DNA of 61,438 nucleotides, the filler included, from Dugesia japonica (lineage: Eukaryota): the NCBI GenBank assembly GCA_001938525.1. It is 6 parts of 6 records of this genome, joined end to end, with 100 filler letters (N's around TTAATTAATTAA, not from the genome) between each part and the next. Parts side by side here need not be neighbours in the genome. Positions count along the whole stretch, not along the records: positions 1 to 10,436 come from MQRL01628407.1; positions 10,537 to 18,875 come from MQRL01601178.1; 4 more parts are not named here. One strand, 5' to 3'. The position numbers were made by a program, and so were the translations under genes. Positions 1-13,094 of the stretch are shown piece after piece (position 1 is the stretch's first letter; every line of letters starts with the position of its first letter). The notes beneath the pieces are model-generated. The model ran no database searches. It saw only the letters and a list, made by a program, of their open reading frames with translations, and was not told where the DNA came from.

Positions 1-229
1 CTGATTCACTTGTTCTCTTAATAGATTGATCTCGTTCCTTTGATTGACAAGTTCCATTTCCTTCTTCCGAACGCGATCCATGTGTTATCAACTATGGATC
101 TTATTTACACCCAAAGCTTTCCATGGTGTCCTAAAGGTTTGGCATCTCAGACGCTGGCTGTGCATTGAAACTTCATCCATTTACTTGTAGTGATTTGAGG
201 GCCTCTTGATTAGATATTTTTCGTGACAT
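1..229 (-). pseudogene. Orphan cassette gene 'E', copy 1 (coiled-coil; runs off the window start)
   Basis: Manual translation from ATG 229: MSRKISNQEALKSLQVNG*SFNAQPASEMPNL*DTMESFGCK*DP*LITH, then by frameshift MDRVRKKEMELVNQRNEINLLREQ. Aligns with 8724-9197 (GWSF, MPxLWD, DPW motifs). Preceded by cttag|a ATG. Confidence 0.7.
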
Positions 230-1829
230 TCTAAGTGAGTTTTATGTAAATGTAATCATTATGTTTAAACGAGATTTGTACGATAATATAATCAGATTTA
301 AAACCCCGTGATAGTCCAGAATATGACTATTTTCTTAACCACATACTTCGTTTGAAATTTGCAAACAATGATTTAATCATTAATTTATTTTGAGTTGTTA
401 TTATTTTGGACGAATGAACAATAATTACTATTTATCATTAAGTCATAAAAATAATACTCTGAATGCAAAATGACTGAATACTCATATGTTTCAGTAAAAC
501 TTAAGAGCTACCGAAACTGGATACTTCAGAACTGATTTCAAAATATTTGACCTAGTTGCTAATTATGTCATTAAAGGAGTACTATCCATTCATCATTTTA
601 GATTAACATCACTTCGGTATGAATTATTCGAACATCATTTAATCCAATTTATCAAAGATCTCCTTATCCATTGTCAAAACTTTTATTTGCCAAATTAATT
701 GTGAAGCCGATAGTGTACATCAATTAAAAAAATATCAGTTTAATGTAATTTTACATCAATTGTTATTAACTAACTTATTAACCAATAACTGCAGATTAGA
801 ATTTGGATAAATCAGCATAACATTACAAATATTATTATCAATTAAGTCTAATAAATCATTAATACTCTTTATGCAGTCATTAGCCGAAATATTAAATATT
901 ACTAAACTAACTATAGATCAAATGATAATAATAAAATGAAATAAATAAAACTTAAAGATATTAGCTTATGACTTATATTAAAAAACTACTAGAGTATGTG
1001 ATAATGCTTATAAAAAATATCGTAAGGATGACTGTACAATTAGTCGTGATTATTATTCTCAATTCAAATTTCTAACTAAATAAATATCATAATTAAATAT
1101 CAACTAAGTTCTTAAGTAATTATCCTAAGTTATCATGAATAAAATGGAAATTATTAAGAATTAACTATTCAATAAATAAAATATAAAATCATGATAAAAA
1201 TAAAACCCTCATTGACTAAAACAAATTTGTTTCAAAAATATATTTTATTCATAATTAAAATTGACATTATTTAACTAATATAACAAATTATAATATAAAA
1301 TTATATTATTACTAAATTACTACGAATACCAAAATCAAAACAAAATTCTTTTGAACTAAAACATGAAACGGAGATAATTAAATAAATAGATCAATTATCA
1401 TCATTAATATGAGATCTTTAATGTTAACAGTTCAACTTCTAGCAATCGACATGTTCAACATTTCAGTATTAGGGTTTATAAATACACTTCTATAATGAAT
1501 TTGGTAATTATATTTCGATAATAGCTCTTTACTATATTTCGTGAATTCTTCCTAGATTTTCATGACTAATTACCTATCGTGGTGGGCGGTGGACGATCCT
1601 ACGGGGTCATTATATCATCATAAAAGCATAGTTAAGATTTTACATAATTAAAAATTACTGTATTTTTAGTGTATCGTTCTCCTTTGAAAATTAAACTATT
1701 GATGATCCTTCGAAAATAAGTTTTTCCAGAATTCATCAATGACCCGCAAAAATTTCAATAAAAATTTTATCTGATGATTATTTTAATGTTTTCGCTGGTG
1801 GGGCACATTTGTCCTCATTTTTTCCAATA

Positions 1830-2200
1830 ATAAAAAAACTAATTAATTTAAGAAAAATAATAATACTATTATTAATTACGAAATCTTACATTATTCAAAT
1901 AAACATTTTCGCTCGGTTGGGTTATGACGATTTCATTCTGTTTTAATAACTACAATACTAAAAAGTACTGAAATAATAATAATAATAATGACAAAAAATT
2001 GTTATTCAAGAAATCATTTTCACTCGTTTGCGATATGACATTTTGATTCTGTTTTAATAACCACAGTAATAAAAAAACTAATTAATATAATAATTATTAT
2101 AATAATACTGTTAATAATTACAAAATCTTGAATTATTCAAAGTAACATTTTCACTCGGATAGGTTATGACATTTTGATTCTGTTTTAATAACTACAATAA
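1830..2200. repeat. ~120-bp tandem repeat, three diverged copies
   Basis: Core cattttcrctcg...ttatgac..ttt.attctgttttaataac.aca.ta recurs near 1905, 2015 and 2146. Confidence 0.8.
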
Positions 2201-5200
2201 TAAAATTAATAAAAATATTAATAATAATATTAATATTGTTTGGACACAACCCAACTCATCTGCTTAGAAGTCTGAATCAAATGATGCTAAAAACAATAAA
2301 AGCTTAACAAAATGAATTTTTTAAAATAAAAGATTTAACTTCAAAAAACAAAATCAAGAATAAAAAAATCTCACCAATTTTTGAAAATGTTCAAAATTAT
2401 CTCATAAATCAAACGAGAAAGTAATAAATGGAGCATATTCTAAAAATAAAAAAGAAATTTATCNCAAAATATGGAGAAATAATTAATAAACAAATAAATT
2501 ATCTGAGAAAATTATCGATTTTCGAAATAAAATGAAAACATTCCTGGAGAAAAAAGTCCAAAAATGGAAGAAAAGTAACCAATGATAAACGAATCTGGAG
2601 ATGAAATTAGTATAAAAAGGCTCTTAAAATTAGAAAACTTACATTGAACAGTCATCTTATTTGACACCACAATTCACGTTTAGTGTAAAATATCAAACAG
2701 TTGATTTATTCAAAACCAATTTCAGTATTCGAAACCAATTATTTACAAATTTTCCAAATCCAAATGTAGCCAATCAGATCGATAATAATTAAATCGAATT
2801 TCTAAAAAATCCTATATTGGAATTTAAAATAAAAATTCTAACCACTAATCCTAGTATCCGGTTTGTGACAATCAGTTGACAGCCAAATTTCTACCGATGA
2901 AAGACGTCAACTCGTGTCATCATTATCTGATATAGATTAAGTCATTATTAACTGAAATTCTCCATACTTACTCGGAGAGAATCAGAAAATCAAACGGTCA
3001 TAATAGCCATTCGTTCAATGCTGTCTTTAACGGCTATGTTATAAATATTCGACTATTTCCACAGAAAATTTGGCATATTTATTAACCGTAAATTCCAGGA
3101 AATTCCAAACTGTGAACTCAACGAAAATTTCTTCAAAAAACAGGATCACAGTTTCCTTCAAGTTCAATCAATCGTCAATTCAATCCGAAAGTGTTTATTC
3201 CTAACCCGCCGTCATCAACCTAGTTACCCTTATTATGTATTTTTTGCATGATTTTTATTAAATGCATTACAAAATGATTCTTTAATTTAATTTATTTTTA
3301 ATAATGATTTTTAACTTCACATTCACGAACTTATAGGAAAAATAAAAGTAAAATAGTAGAATAATTATCCATAAAACATTTTTATTTATTTCAAGTTTAT
3401 TCAAAAGTTTAACAGATTTAAATAGATCTGTTATCCTCAGCTTTATGATTGCCCCATGCCTAACACTTAAGTTAACTATGATATATTAAAAATACGATTA
3501 TTATTATTCCATTTGCATTTATTTCTGTTCGGAAATTCTAGCGAAGTAGTTGTAAATTTTTTGAGTTTTCATTGCTCTTTGGTTATCAAGTTCATTTGAA
3601 AATCAGTTTAAGTTCTTGTTTTTAGTTTTAGATTTGTGAATTTTAAAGATGATATTTATACTAGGCTATAATTTCAATCATTTTGTGGTGACTGGTTTTA
3701 ACGCTCAATCTTTCAATGTAATAAAACTTTGCTTGACATTTTGTTTGTGTATTTATTTATGATGTCTGCTTCAATAATTATCGGGTTGTTACGTTTCTAT
3801 TACACTGCTGTAACAATTCTTGTTAGCTCTTATCAAATACATACAGATTGTTATTACAATTGTACTGAAATTCATGTCAATCTCATCATCTAAAATTTCA
3901 TTAATTTTATATTTTTATTTATATTCAATCCAATTGATTTGTTAGTTTGATGAGCAACAGTTTTATTTTTTCTGTATAACATCTCTGATTAGTCTGTTGC
4001 TCATTGAACATTGTGATTTATGTGGCGTGAATTGAAAATGAGTATTTTAGATAACTTTGAAATTCTACGTGCACTGAACTGGCACGAAAAGTTATCATTT
4101 TTAATTGAAAAACGTTATCAAGTTATAATTATTTATACCAAAAATAAAAATTTTTCTTATGAATTTTATACAAACGTGATAAATAATAAATAGTACAGAA
4201 TAAATATAAATAATAAATAATGTAATTATTATGATATTGTTATGGTAAACTGGTTCTAACTTTTGTACATGCTTATTTCTTACGATTCCCATTTTTAATA
4301 ATAATTATGGTTTTTTGTTATTATTTCACTTTATTTCTAACAATTTACTATACTAATGAAATAATATTTGTAACTCATAATATTTCTTCTTTAATATCTC
4401 GTCTAATAATTATTACGGCTGTGTTAATACACAATTATGCGCTTACTTCTAACTAATTTCTAGGTGATATATTATTTCTAAAAAGTTACTTTTATTAAAA
4501 ATCATAAATTTTATATTAACGACTATTTTGGTCTGGCCCAGTTTTATGTTTTTGTATTAATTCATTGAATTTATTCTAAATTCACATTTTCGTTCCATTG
4601 CTAATTCGAACAATTCTTTTAACATTATTTTGTCAATTCCTAGTTTTCAAATTATCAACGCTATATTGAATTTTATTAATTTCCATAATCTCAATATTTC
4701 ATATACGATAACCTGTCAAAATCACCAACTTTTTTCTAATTAATAAATAAGAATGTAACTTTCTTCTTTAATGCAATCAATTGTGATCAACATTAATGAA
4801 TCTAATCGTCATAAATCTACAACAGTAAAAAAAAATGTATTTTTTCTGCGTATTTAAAATGTTAACATTACGTAGATATCTTTAGTAAATTATGAAACAC
4901 TTGTTGACTATATATATTTATATATTAGATATTTTCTTGTTAAAATAAATTATAAACTTACCGCTTCCAATTTGATTTTATCTAACAGGTCTTAATTAAA
5001 TTTTTATTCAAATATATTCGTTTGTAGAGAGTACACCAAAATAAAATAAAAATATCTGAAACAATGGTTGTGTATGTATATCAAGAATCAGAATTCATAG
5101 TAACTATAGTCTGAACGTTGACGGGGTTGTAAATTTAGACTCTTTTGACATACGTTAGCTTCCTTTAAAATGCTGCTATCTTATTTAGATGTTTTTGAGA

Positions 5201-6195
5201 TTTTCGTGATTGGTTGAGAGTTTGGATTCCTCTTTATCTTTACTAAAATTGACAACAAGTAAAGCTAATAGAAACTTCAAGAAAAATTTGAACTCCTTGC
5301 TAACTTTGCTATTTCCAATTAAATTTCTAAAATATTATGTATAACCGGATTTATAATAATTTTATTAATTCACCTAAGATATTAATCATCTTTTTACACT
5401 TTTTTGATATCTATGCTTATGATAAGCCGCTCATCTTAATTGTATTGATTTCTTATATGCACTTCTTTTTTTGTATGAAATAATTTGAAGATTTTCCAAT
5501 AATTTTTATTAAATGATTAAAAATTCTTAAGTACAATAATATTTCAATGAAAAGTATTGATCAAGTTCATTTGTCTTCGACGGAATAAACTTTTTAACAT
5601 TAAGTTATAAATTCTCAAATAGAAAATCATTTTAAATTGATTTATTTAAAAGTAATTTGTTGGATTTTAAAATTTTACTTGTAAATTTATTAAAAAAAGA
5701 TTTCCATTTGAATTGTTCCTAATTCGTTTTATAATTGAAAATTATATTAAAACTAAAATTTACATTCAGATGTTAATTAGTCCCTTTTGGTTTTATTTAT
5801 TTAAATAAATTATGTATCTAAAACGATTAAATCTAATTTAAATTAAATTGATATAAACTGTGCAGTGAAGTAAAGTGCATTTTTTCATTTAGATTATTAT
5901 CACATGTTTAACTCGTGATTGATTTATAAGGTATATATGCTTTATACGAGCCACACTTGTGGTGGTTTTACAAAGCAAATTTAACTTTACTCGAGTCAGA
6001 CTCGTGATTATTGCAAAGAAGGCGAAAGATAGTTTTGATATAGGGTTTGTATATGTTGCTATCAAAAATTAGTACATTAATAAACAATAAATCTATGTGA
6101 ATGTTAACGTAATTACTTGCCAAATGGAGATTTTTATATTTGTTCATTTGGCGAAACTGTTAACTTTTAATTTGTGAATCTTTTAAGTCTGTAAG

Positions 6196-7394
6196 CAGTG
6201 GCGTAGCTAGGGTATGTGCCGCCTGAGGCGATCCTTAAAATTGCCGCCCAGTACATTTTTAAGACAAAATCTGACCTTACAATTAATTTAATATACAATT
6301 TAGAAAATACTTATTGTTATAAAAACGAAAAAGCGCTGTAATTTAAATAATAATAATATAAAATACATATAAATACAAATTATAATTTATTATAAATAAA
6401 TGGACTAAAATATACTTTATAAAAGAGACATGCAAAAGTTGTTTGTATACATTGGTATAAAAATAAAAAAGCCCAGTAATATAATATAACCATCAACATA
6501 ATATTAACCAAGACCGTAACATTTTTCCCCATTCGGGAAGGTTTTGAAAAACCAATCACGAGTGAGTTTTCTGTTCCGCTCTTTAGTTGATGAACCTTCA
6601 CGAATGGTTTCACCGATATCTGAATCTAGACGTTGGATGACAGGCGCATTTTGATATACCAGTAAGATTCTTGTGTGATCACTAATTTTGCTTGGCGTCT
6701 TTTAAGTTAGCGGTCGTAAATTCAGACACTTCATCGCTCGTAATTAAAGAACTTGAACTTGACACAGTAATTCTAATTTCTTCAGATCCAGAATTTACTT
6801 CAGGTGCAGCAATATTAGTTTCTTCACGTGTAGTATTACTTGTTTGTTCACGATTGAAATATTTAATCAGTGCTACTTTACTCTTTTCTATTTCTTGAAT
6901 GAAAATAAATAATAATTGCACAAATTTTGTAAAATATTAATACTAATGTTAATAATAATGACAAATATTTTACTTAGTGAGAAGTTTATTGTTTATTAGA
7001 AGATAATTTTTCATGTGAGTATTATTTAATCTTACACATCCGAGATATATTTCTTTGCTAAGTCTGTTTCTTTGTGGAGATTTAATACAATTCATAGAAG
7101 AAAATAATTGCTCACGTGCATATGATAATGCCAACATAGTTAATAGTGCAGTTGCTAATTTTTTTTATTGCACTAAATGTACTTGGTAAAGAATTCCATT
7201 CTTCTAGTATAATTTTTCATTTCAATCTTCTTCTGATTTATTCTCAGTGGAAATTTTACATATCTTTATTTCTAATTTAGTAATTAGTTCTTCAAAGTTT
7301 TTTTCTCCATAGAAAACTATTTGGAACTCTTTATCTAGCCAATTCATCATGATGAATATGCCGCCCGGGGTGGCCCTCCATAGCTACGCCACTG
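6196..7394 (-). mobile_element. Non-autonomous hAT (Tip100/ZMYM1-like) DNA transposon, internally deleted
   Basis: Perfect 14-bp TIRs CAGTGGCGTAGCTA / TAGCTACGCCACTG. Perfect 8-bp TSD TCTGTAAG (6188-6195 and 7395-7402). Minus-strand remnant RKLTRDWFFKTFPNGEK resembles the TTF zinc-finger region of these transposases. Confidence 0.9.
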
Positions 7395-7769
7395 TCTGTA
7401 AGTCTAGAATCAGATAAAGTATTGATTATTTCATTATAGAATTATTGTTAATTAATATTCTTATATTATATATGTTACAGATAAAGTGTTCATTCAGTGA
7501 ATGTATACAAATAAACTTCAAAATATTTTGAATTTCATAGCAATTTCTCTTTAATTATCCATATATATTTTCCACTGTGTATTTTATTCAGTGAAAGTAT
7601 GCACACATGAATTTATGATTTTATGTGCACACACTCGGGGCCATACAAAATTAATTTACCTTAAATTGTCACAAATAAGAGTTAAAAGTATAAATTTATT
7701 AATTGTGATTATTGAGTCACAAAAATTAAAATATAAAGAAATTGATCTAAACATTATTAATATTGTTGG

Positions 7770-8005
7770 GTTGCTAGGCTTTTTTATGTTGATTTATACT
7801 CGATCTCTTGAGTTTTATTACCATTCTCTCGATCACCAGTTTTCTTTCTCATAGATATCATTTCCGTCTGAGGGATGATACCTAGCAACCACAGAAATTT
7901 GCGTTACACCCTCTATTAACACAATTCTCATTTTCCCGGATTCAGCGGGACTATGCTGTATCCCGTCTTAGGTTTCAATTTCTATCCGGCTCTCATTTGG
8001 AAGTT
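7770..8005 (-). pseudogene. Decayed orphan ORF at the end of the contig-1 cassette
   Basis: GC-richer, mostly open frame LPNESRIEIET*DGIQHSPAESGKMRIVLIEGVTQISVVARYHPSDG, co-oriented with the other cassette genes. Only weak resemblance to a frame at 59676-59830. Confidence 0.35.
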
Positions 8006-8109
8006 AAACAATATTGATCATTATTAGTTTAAGTGTTAATCAGATATTCAACAAATACATTTGTACAACATTTTATTCATATCAAACAATATCTCTCGTC
8101 CAATGTTTA

Positions 8110-8426
8110 TCATCCATCTAATTCAATGACCTCCTTGACTGCTCCTTTTGAGATCTCTTTCTCCGGTTTGGAAACTTGCACTAGCGTCCTTACAGTGAAA
8201 ATCAGTACTCCCTCTCTGTCGGCATATGTCTTGATGATGTCGGCTATTGCCCGACAAGACTGTGAAAAAGCTAAATCTCTTTCCCTCAACTTAGCATTGG
8301 TATCCCGTAACGATGAATTCTTTTGTTGTAGTTCTACGATCATGGATTGCAGTTTCCTTTGCATAGCACACCATGTTTTACGAATGTCCGATAGCTATGT
8401 GTCTGTCAGCTTCTGTGGATTTGACA
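8110..8426 (-). pseudogene. Orphan cassette gene 'C'-like (coiled-coil)
   Basis: ORF 8110..8364 extends upstream in frame through one TAG to tatac|TG at 8426. DIRKTW...ADIIKTYADREGVL resembles DIQLTW...SEIIRFSHD*ENKL at 60548-60906. Confidence 0.55.
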
Positions 8427-8723
8427 GTATAATTATTAAGCAGTTAATATTCAATTTTTTATTTAATTCATAATTAACAATGTTATCTATTTAGGCCTGA
8501 AGCTTGTTAGTTTAATAATATCAAAATCAACCTTAAAATTTGCATATTATAAAAATCAGACTCATTGTTTCTCACAATTTAATCCGGTCATTACTCATAG
8601 ACCTTGATGTTATCGTTTGCATTTAATCACAAGAACGAAATCAGACAGAAAACTATATTATAGTTAAATCAAATTAGATCTCACCGCTGTTTCTTTTTCA
8701 TGTTCGTCGAGTGGCAACAGTAT

Positions 8724-9197
8724 TTATTGTAAGATGACTTCTACTTTAGTTGTTAATCTTTCGGATAACTTGGAATATTCCCCTGTTTCTATCTGTGTCT
8801 CTCGCATTTTCTGGATCAAATGTCTTTGTTTTCCGGCCAGTTCCGTAGTTCGTATTAGCAGAGTGACAATCTCTTTTTCCCGTTCTTGCTGCCATTGGTT
8901 TATCTCGTCCAATCTCTGCTGATAAACCTGCTCCTGGTTATCCACGCGAACCTTTATTTGTTGGAGAGGTTCCACATGCTGCTGACTTTGTCGTTTGTAT
9001 TTTGCTCGTAATTGTTGAATCTCACTTTGCTTTTCTCTCAATTGATCCTGAGTAATCCACCAGGGATCTATGCCAGTACCTTCGATTCCCAGTCAGTCCC
9101 ATAATACAGGCATGTTATTACACTTAGGCGTGCTGAAACTCCATCCATGCCCTGTCATCGATTGCTTGGCCCCTTTTAATGTGATATTCTGTGCCAT
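8724..9197 (-). pseudogene. Orphan cassette gene 'E', copy 2 (N-terminal Trp motifs plus long coiled coil; one internal stop)
   Basis: tctag|ATG at 9197: MAQNITLKGAKQSMTGHGWSFSTPKCNNMPVLWD*LGIEGTGIDPWWITQDQ, in frame with ORF 8724..9041. Homologous to 1-229. Confidence 0.7.
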
Positions 9198-9309
9198 CTA
9201 GATAAAATCATATTTCTTGTTTTAAGATGCATTAAATTCAATACATATATTTATCCAAAATAATAATCATATAATGTCAAAACAGATCATCGAGTTGTTA
9301 AATTAAATT

Positions 9310-9540
9310 ATCTAAATTACTAAATTCCGGCAGACCAACGATCATTCNNNNNNNNNNNNNNNNNNNNNNNNNNNNNNNNNNNNNNNNNNNNNNNNNNNNT
9401 TGGGTATCAACTAGATACATTCATAATCTGATATTCATTTTCATATAATCGATAATAATCGGGGTCATTAAAGACCATCTCTGGAACATCTATCCCCATC
9501 CTCATAACGAATGGTCCTCCTGCACTATCCTGATGAATTT
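9310..9540 (-). pseudogene. Orphan cassette gene, possibly 'A' family (interrupted by a gap)
   Basis: Follows ctttaattag. Frame IHQDSAGGPFVMRMGIDVPEMVFNDPDYYRII. Same first position in the cassette as gene A elsewhere, but similarity is weak. Confidence 0.35.
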
Positions 9541-10129
9541 CTAATTAAAGTAATATCAATTTTATTGTATGAAATAATAAACTAAAATTCATTTATGATA
9601 ATAATAATAATNNNNNNNNNNNNNNNNNNNNNNNNNNNNNNNNNNNNNNNNNNNNNNNNNNNNNNNNNNNNNNNNNNNNNNNNNNTCTGCAGTACAATAA
9701 GTAATTTAGTAAACAGTAATAGGAGAATTCAACTACCACCTATTGGTAGATAGAGACATATTTATTTCTATATCTCAACAACACAATTCGTATTCATCTC
9801 ATCTCAACTTTCAACCTCATCTCTCATTATCAACTTTTATTATCATCACTTTCACACTCTACTTCCATCTCATCTAACCATCATACACTTTAATAGTCGT
9901 CTCATATTTATCATTGTCATTTACAACTCATCTCACATAACCATAGCCATTTACTACTTCTCTCGCATAATCATTACTATTCATCTGGGATCATCATAAA
10001 CGTTTTCATAACATAATTTCTCTCATAATCATAATTGCTCTCGTAATCATAAACATTTTTTCTCATTATCATAAAAATTTTTTCTCATAATCATAAATAA
10101 TTTTTCTCATAAATTTGATTTTGTCAGAG

Positions 10130-10225
10130 TGGATGATTTCGTAGCCTCGGATCTCTGAGTTCCGATGATCATCATTGCTAGCTTTGCCAGACAATGACGA
10201 TCACCGTATCAGTCTTCCGTTTACA
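10130..10225. repeat. Segment 'W', homologous to 51533-51628
   Basis: ggatgat...ggat.tct..gt..gatgatc.t.a...gccag...atgac...c...tcagt.ttccgttt is shared. Both copies are preceded by a tcatc/tcat-rich low-complexity tract. Confidence 0.65.
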
Positions 10226-10436
10226 TCATAGATGATAATATTAAAATAAACAATCAAAAATTACTTTTCAATCTTTTCCTTTACAATGATATACCAGTTG
10301 TAAATTAACAATGTAATAGTGCTAACAATTTCAGTTGTGTTAATTTTTTATGGTTTAATGGTTATGTTAGATCCTAGTGGGCTCAGGTACCTAACAATAA
10401 ATAATCTGACTCCAATTGATTTAAAATTACTAGGCG

Positions 10437-10536
10437 NNNNNNNNNNNNNNNNNNNNNNNNNNNNNNNNNNNNNNNNNNNNTTAATTAATTAANNNNNNNN
10501 NNNNNNNNNNNNNNNNNNNNNNNNNNNNNNNNNNNN
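10437..10536. other. Artificial contig spacer
   Basis: 44 N + TTAATTAATTAA (stops in all six frames) + 44 N. Confidence 0.95.
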
Positions 10537-10589
10537 ATTTATATTATTAATGACAAGTAATTTATTTAATAAGTCGAATACACTAGGTT

Positions 10590-11635
10590 TTCCTATAACA
10601 TGTTCTCAAATGCTTTTCTTCAACAGATAGCATCAAATCAATTCATGAGAAGGACAATATTGTAGTTTGTAGCTCTTTGGAAGTAAAACGAGAGCATTCT
10701 TCTTTTATGCCGTTTTCCAGTTCCATAATATTTTTTGGTTTTTGGTAATGGAAAATACTTGCTTTAAGTGAACCCCAAAACAAATAATCAACTGGTTTCA
10801 GGTCTGGTGAACGAGAAGGCTAATTTTGGGCACATCCCCTAGATATGATCTTGTACGCACCAAATATTTCATTTAAGAAATTTCAGACATCATTCGCATA
10901 ATGCGGGGGTGCTCCATCCAGTATAAAGTACGTTGATTTCATTAATTTTCTTTTTATAAGTTCAGGCCGAACTACATTTTTCAACATGTCAAGATAATTA
11001 TTCTTATTTATTGTTTCATAGACGAAAAATGGTTACATAACAAATTTAGAATTGAATACTATCCAGACACAGATTTTTCCTGGATGAAGCGGTCTTGTCA
11101 TGAAAAATGTGGGCTTGCAAGAAGCCCAAATTCGGCAGTGATTTAGGCTAATTTCACCATCCAAGTGGAAGTACATTTCATCAGTCTAGAAAACTTTAGG
11201 CAGAATATCCTGATGCTGCAGAAACCACGGACCAAATTTAACTCTCTCCTTATAATCTGCTGGCCTTAACTCATGAAGCAGTTGTATTTTATAAGGTTTC
11301 AACTTATCATCTTTCAAAACTCTTTGAATCGAAGTTGCTGGAATATTAGTTTCCGTATATAATCTTCGAATATACATTTTACCATTAGTATCATTCAATG
11401 CATCTTTAATAACGGTTTTTCGTACACTGACCAAAGAAAGCCTCTCATGAGGTACATTGAGTACACTGCCAGTTGTCTTAAATTTCCGAAAAAGTTTGGT
11501 TACTGCCGAAAAGGTGTATGGGTTTTTAATTAAATATCTTTCCCTTTTGATTTGTCTGATTGCAGTTGAAGGAGAATTTGAATTTGCATAATAACATCGA
11601 ATGACGTCAATTTTCAAATCAAGATTCATATGCAT
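10590..11635 (-). mobile_element. Tc1/mariner transposase pseudogene, rosa/Visitor (DD41D-like) type
   Basis: ORF 11186..11635 continues through stops: F*TDEMYFHLDG...CRIWA...PLHPGKICVW...LDGAPPHY...*PSRSPDLKPVDYLFWGSLK. I count 42 residues between the second and third catalytic Asp. Confidence 0.85.
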
Positions 11636-11690
11636 AATTATAATATTTTTAATAAATATATTATTTAAACAAAATCTACTTTTAAAAATC

Positions 11691-11721
11691 CAACAATTAT
11701 TCTCGCAATAATTGCAATTGT

Positions 11722-11759
<38 letters not shown>
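11691..11759 (+). repeat. Penelope-like element terminal fragment abutting a (TA)n(GA)n microsatellite
   Basis: caacaattattctcgcaataattgcaattgtaa is the reverse complement of the motif at 18626-18660, which is contiguous with the hammerhead-bearing repeat. Confidence 0.65.
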
Positions 11760-12944
11760 TAAACATTTTAAATAAATATTATTAATTAAGCATTATTTCA
11801 TGCTTAAATATTTAGAAATCCGTATCATTACTTCAAATAACGTGAGCCGTGTCGACTGAGCCTGGCTGGTGTTTGGTTAGTGATATCCTTACGCATTTCC
11901 AGTGTAAAAAAAGAGTCCATCACTTTGTATTTTATGTCTTCATTGTTCAACTGTGTTTCGGTTAAGTCCTTTCAAATTCTCTTAGAATTCTCTCCCTTAT
12001 GAGGAGTTTCATCATTAGATCGACAATGGGATTCCGATTCCTGCTAGTTGATATCCCAGCGACATCCGATCTTCGGTGCCCATTCAATTGGGTCTTCAGT
12101 TGGCAAATGGCTATGTTTATCGCGGCTTATTAATACATGTAGTTCCCTTAGTGATAAAATAATGGTAAATTTTAAAATGTTTTATATGTTATCATCCCGG
12201 GATACAATATATAAACCATATATGGAAAATCTTGGGATTCTTTATTTGGAAGCTGTGTTCATACTCGTTTCCAAAAGTCCATAACGATTTAGACTAAAAT
12301 TATAACATTATTATCTTTAATTTAAGAAATAGCAATTAATTCTGCATTCAACTAGATTATTACGACTATCTACTGGTTTGTTTTCATTACTTTTTGTTGA
12401 GAAATGATTGGTAATTTCTCCATTTTAGATGACATTCCACTCAATAAATTTTGTGAATAAAGAAAATAGGTAGGAAGTGGTTAATAAGTGCTTTATTACA
12501 GAAATGTAAAGTAACAAAAATAAACCAACACAGCATACACGCATAAATACACATTTTTATTAAAAATTTATTAGGTTTATAGAATTTTAATAGTTACTAT
12601 ATTAAAAGTTTTGAAAATGCATTTTGCAAATATCTATTTCTTGTTTAACAATTTTATATTATTTCTTACGTCTATATGTATAAATGTGTAGTTGTCTGTA
12701 ACTCTTCAGTTATAAAGGTTATATAAATTATCACATAGTGCATACAAGTTATTGACCTATGAATTTAAAATGTAAAAGACCGTTAATTTCATGCAAATTT
12801 TAAATCATATATGAAATTAATGTGATTAAACTTTTTGAAGATATGATAGAGTAAAAATGTTTTAGTGACACAAAAATAAATTAAATTTAAATTGACTGTT
12901 GTAATTATAAACTTGCAGCTTATTAATTAATTTCATTGAAACTA

Positions 12945-13094
12945 CAATGAACTCTGCTTGAAGAGAATATAAGCGGGACCGGTTATTTTTGTTCTCTATA
13001 AGCAGAATATTTTATATATAAAATTTTTATTTTTCACAAAATACTGGGCCAAGAAAAATTCTCTGTCAGTGTAGCTTTTACACGGAGTTTACTG
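12945..13094. mobile_element. Tigger/pogo-like MITE
   Basis: TA-CAATGAACTCTG ... CGGAGTTTACTG-TA: imperfect TIRs with TA TSD, 150 bp. Confidence 0.55.

Noticed and set aside
1-229. Stop-codon reassignment to Trp
   Set aside because: Both TGA and TAG appear alongside frameshifts, and host exons use TGG normally; this is pseudogene decay.
1830-2200. Repeat-spacer pattern as a CRISPR-like array
   Set aside because: Eukaryotic context, diverged repeats, spacers similar to each other and AT-only, and no cas genes.
8033-8473. 146-aa plus-strand ORF (also 8734, 34604, 34342, 26507, 6692)
   Set aside because: Antisense shadows of minus-strand coding or element-derived sequence.
11840-12290. GC-richer tract, possibly a non-LTR retrotransposon 3' region
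   Set aside because: No diagnostic motif could be read, so it is left unannotated.
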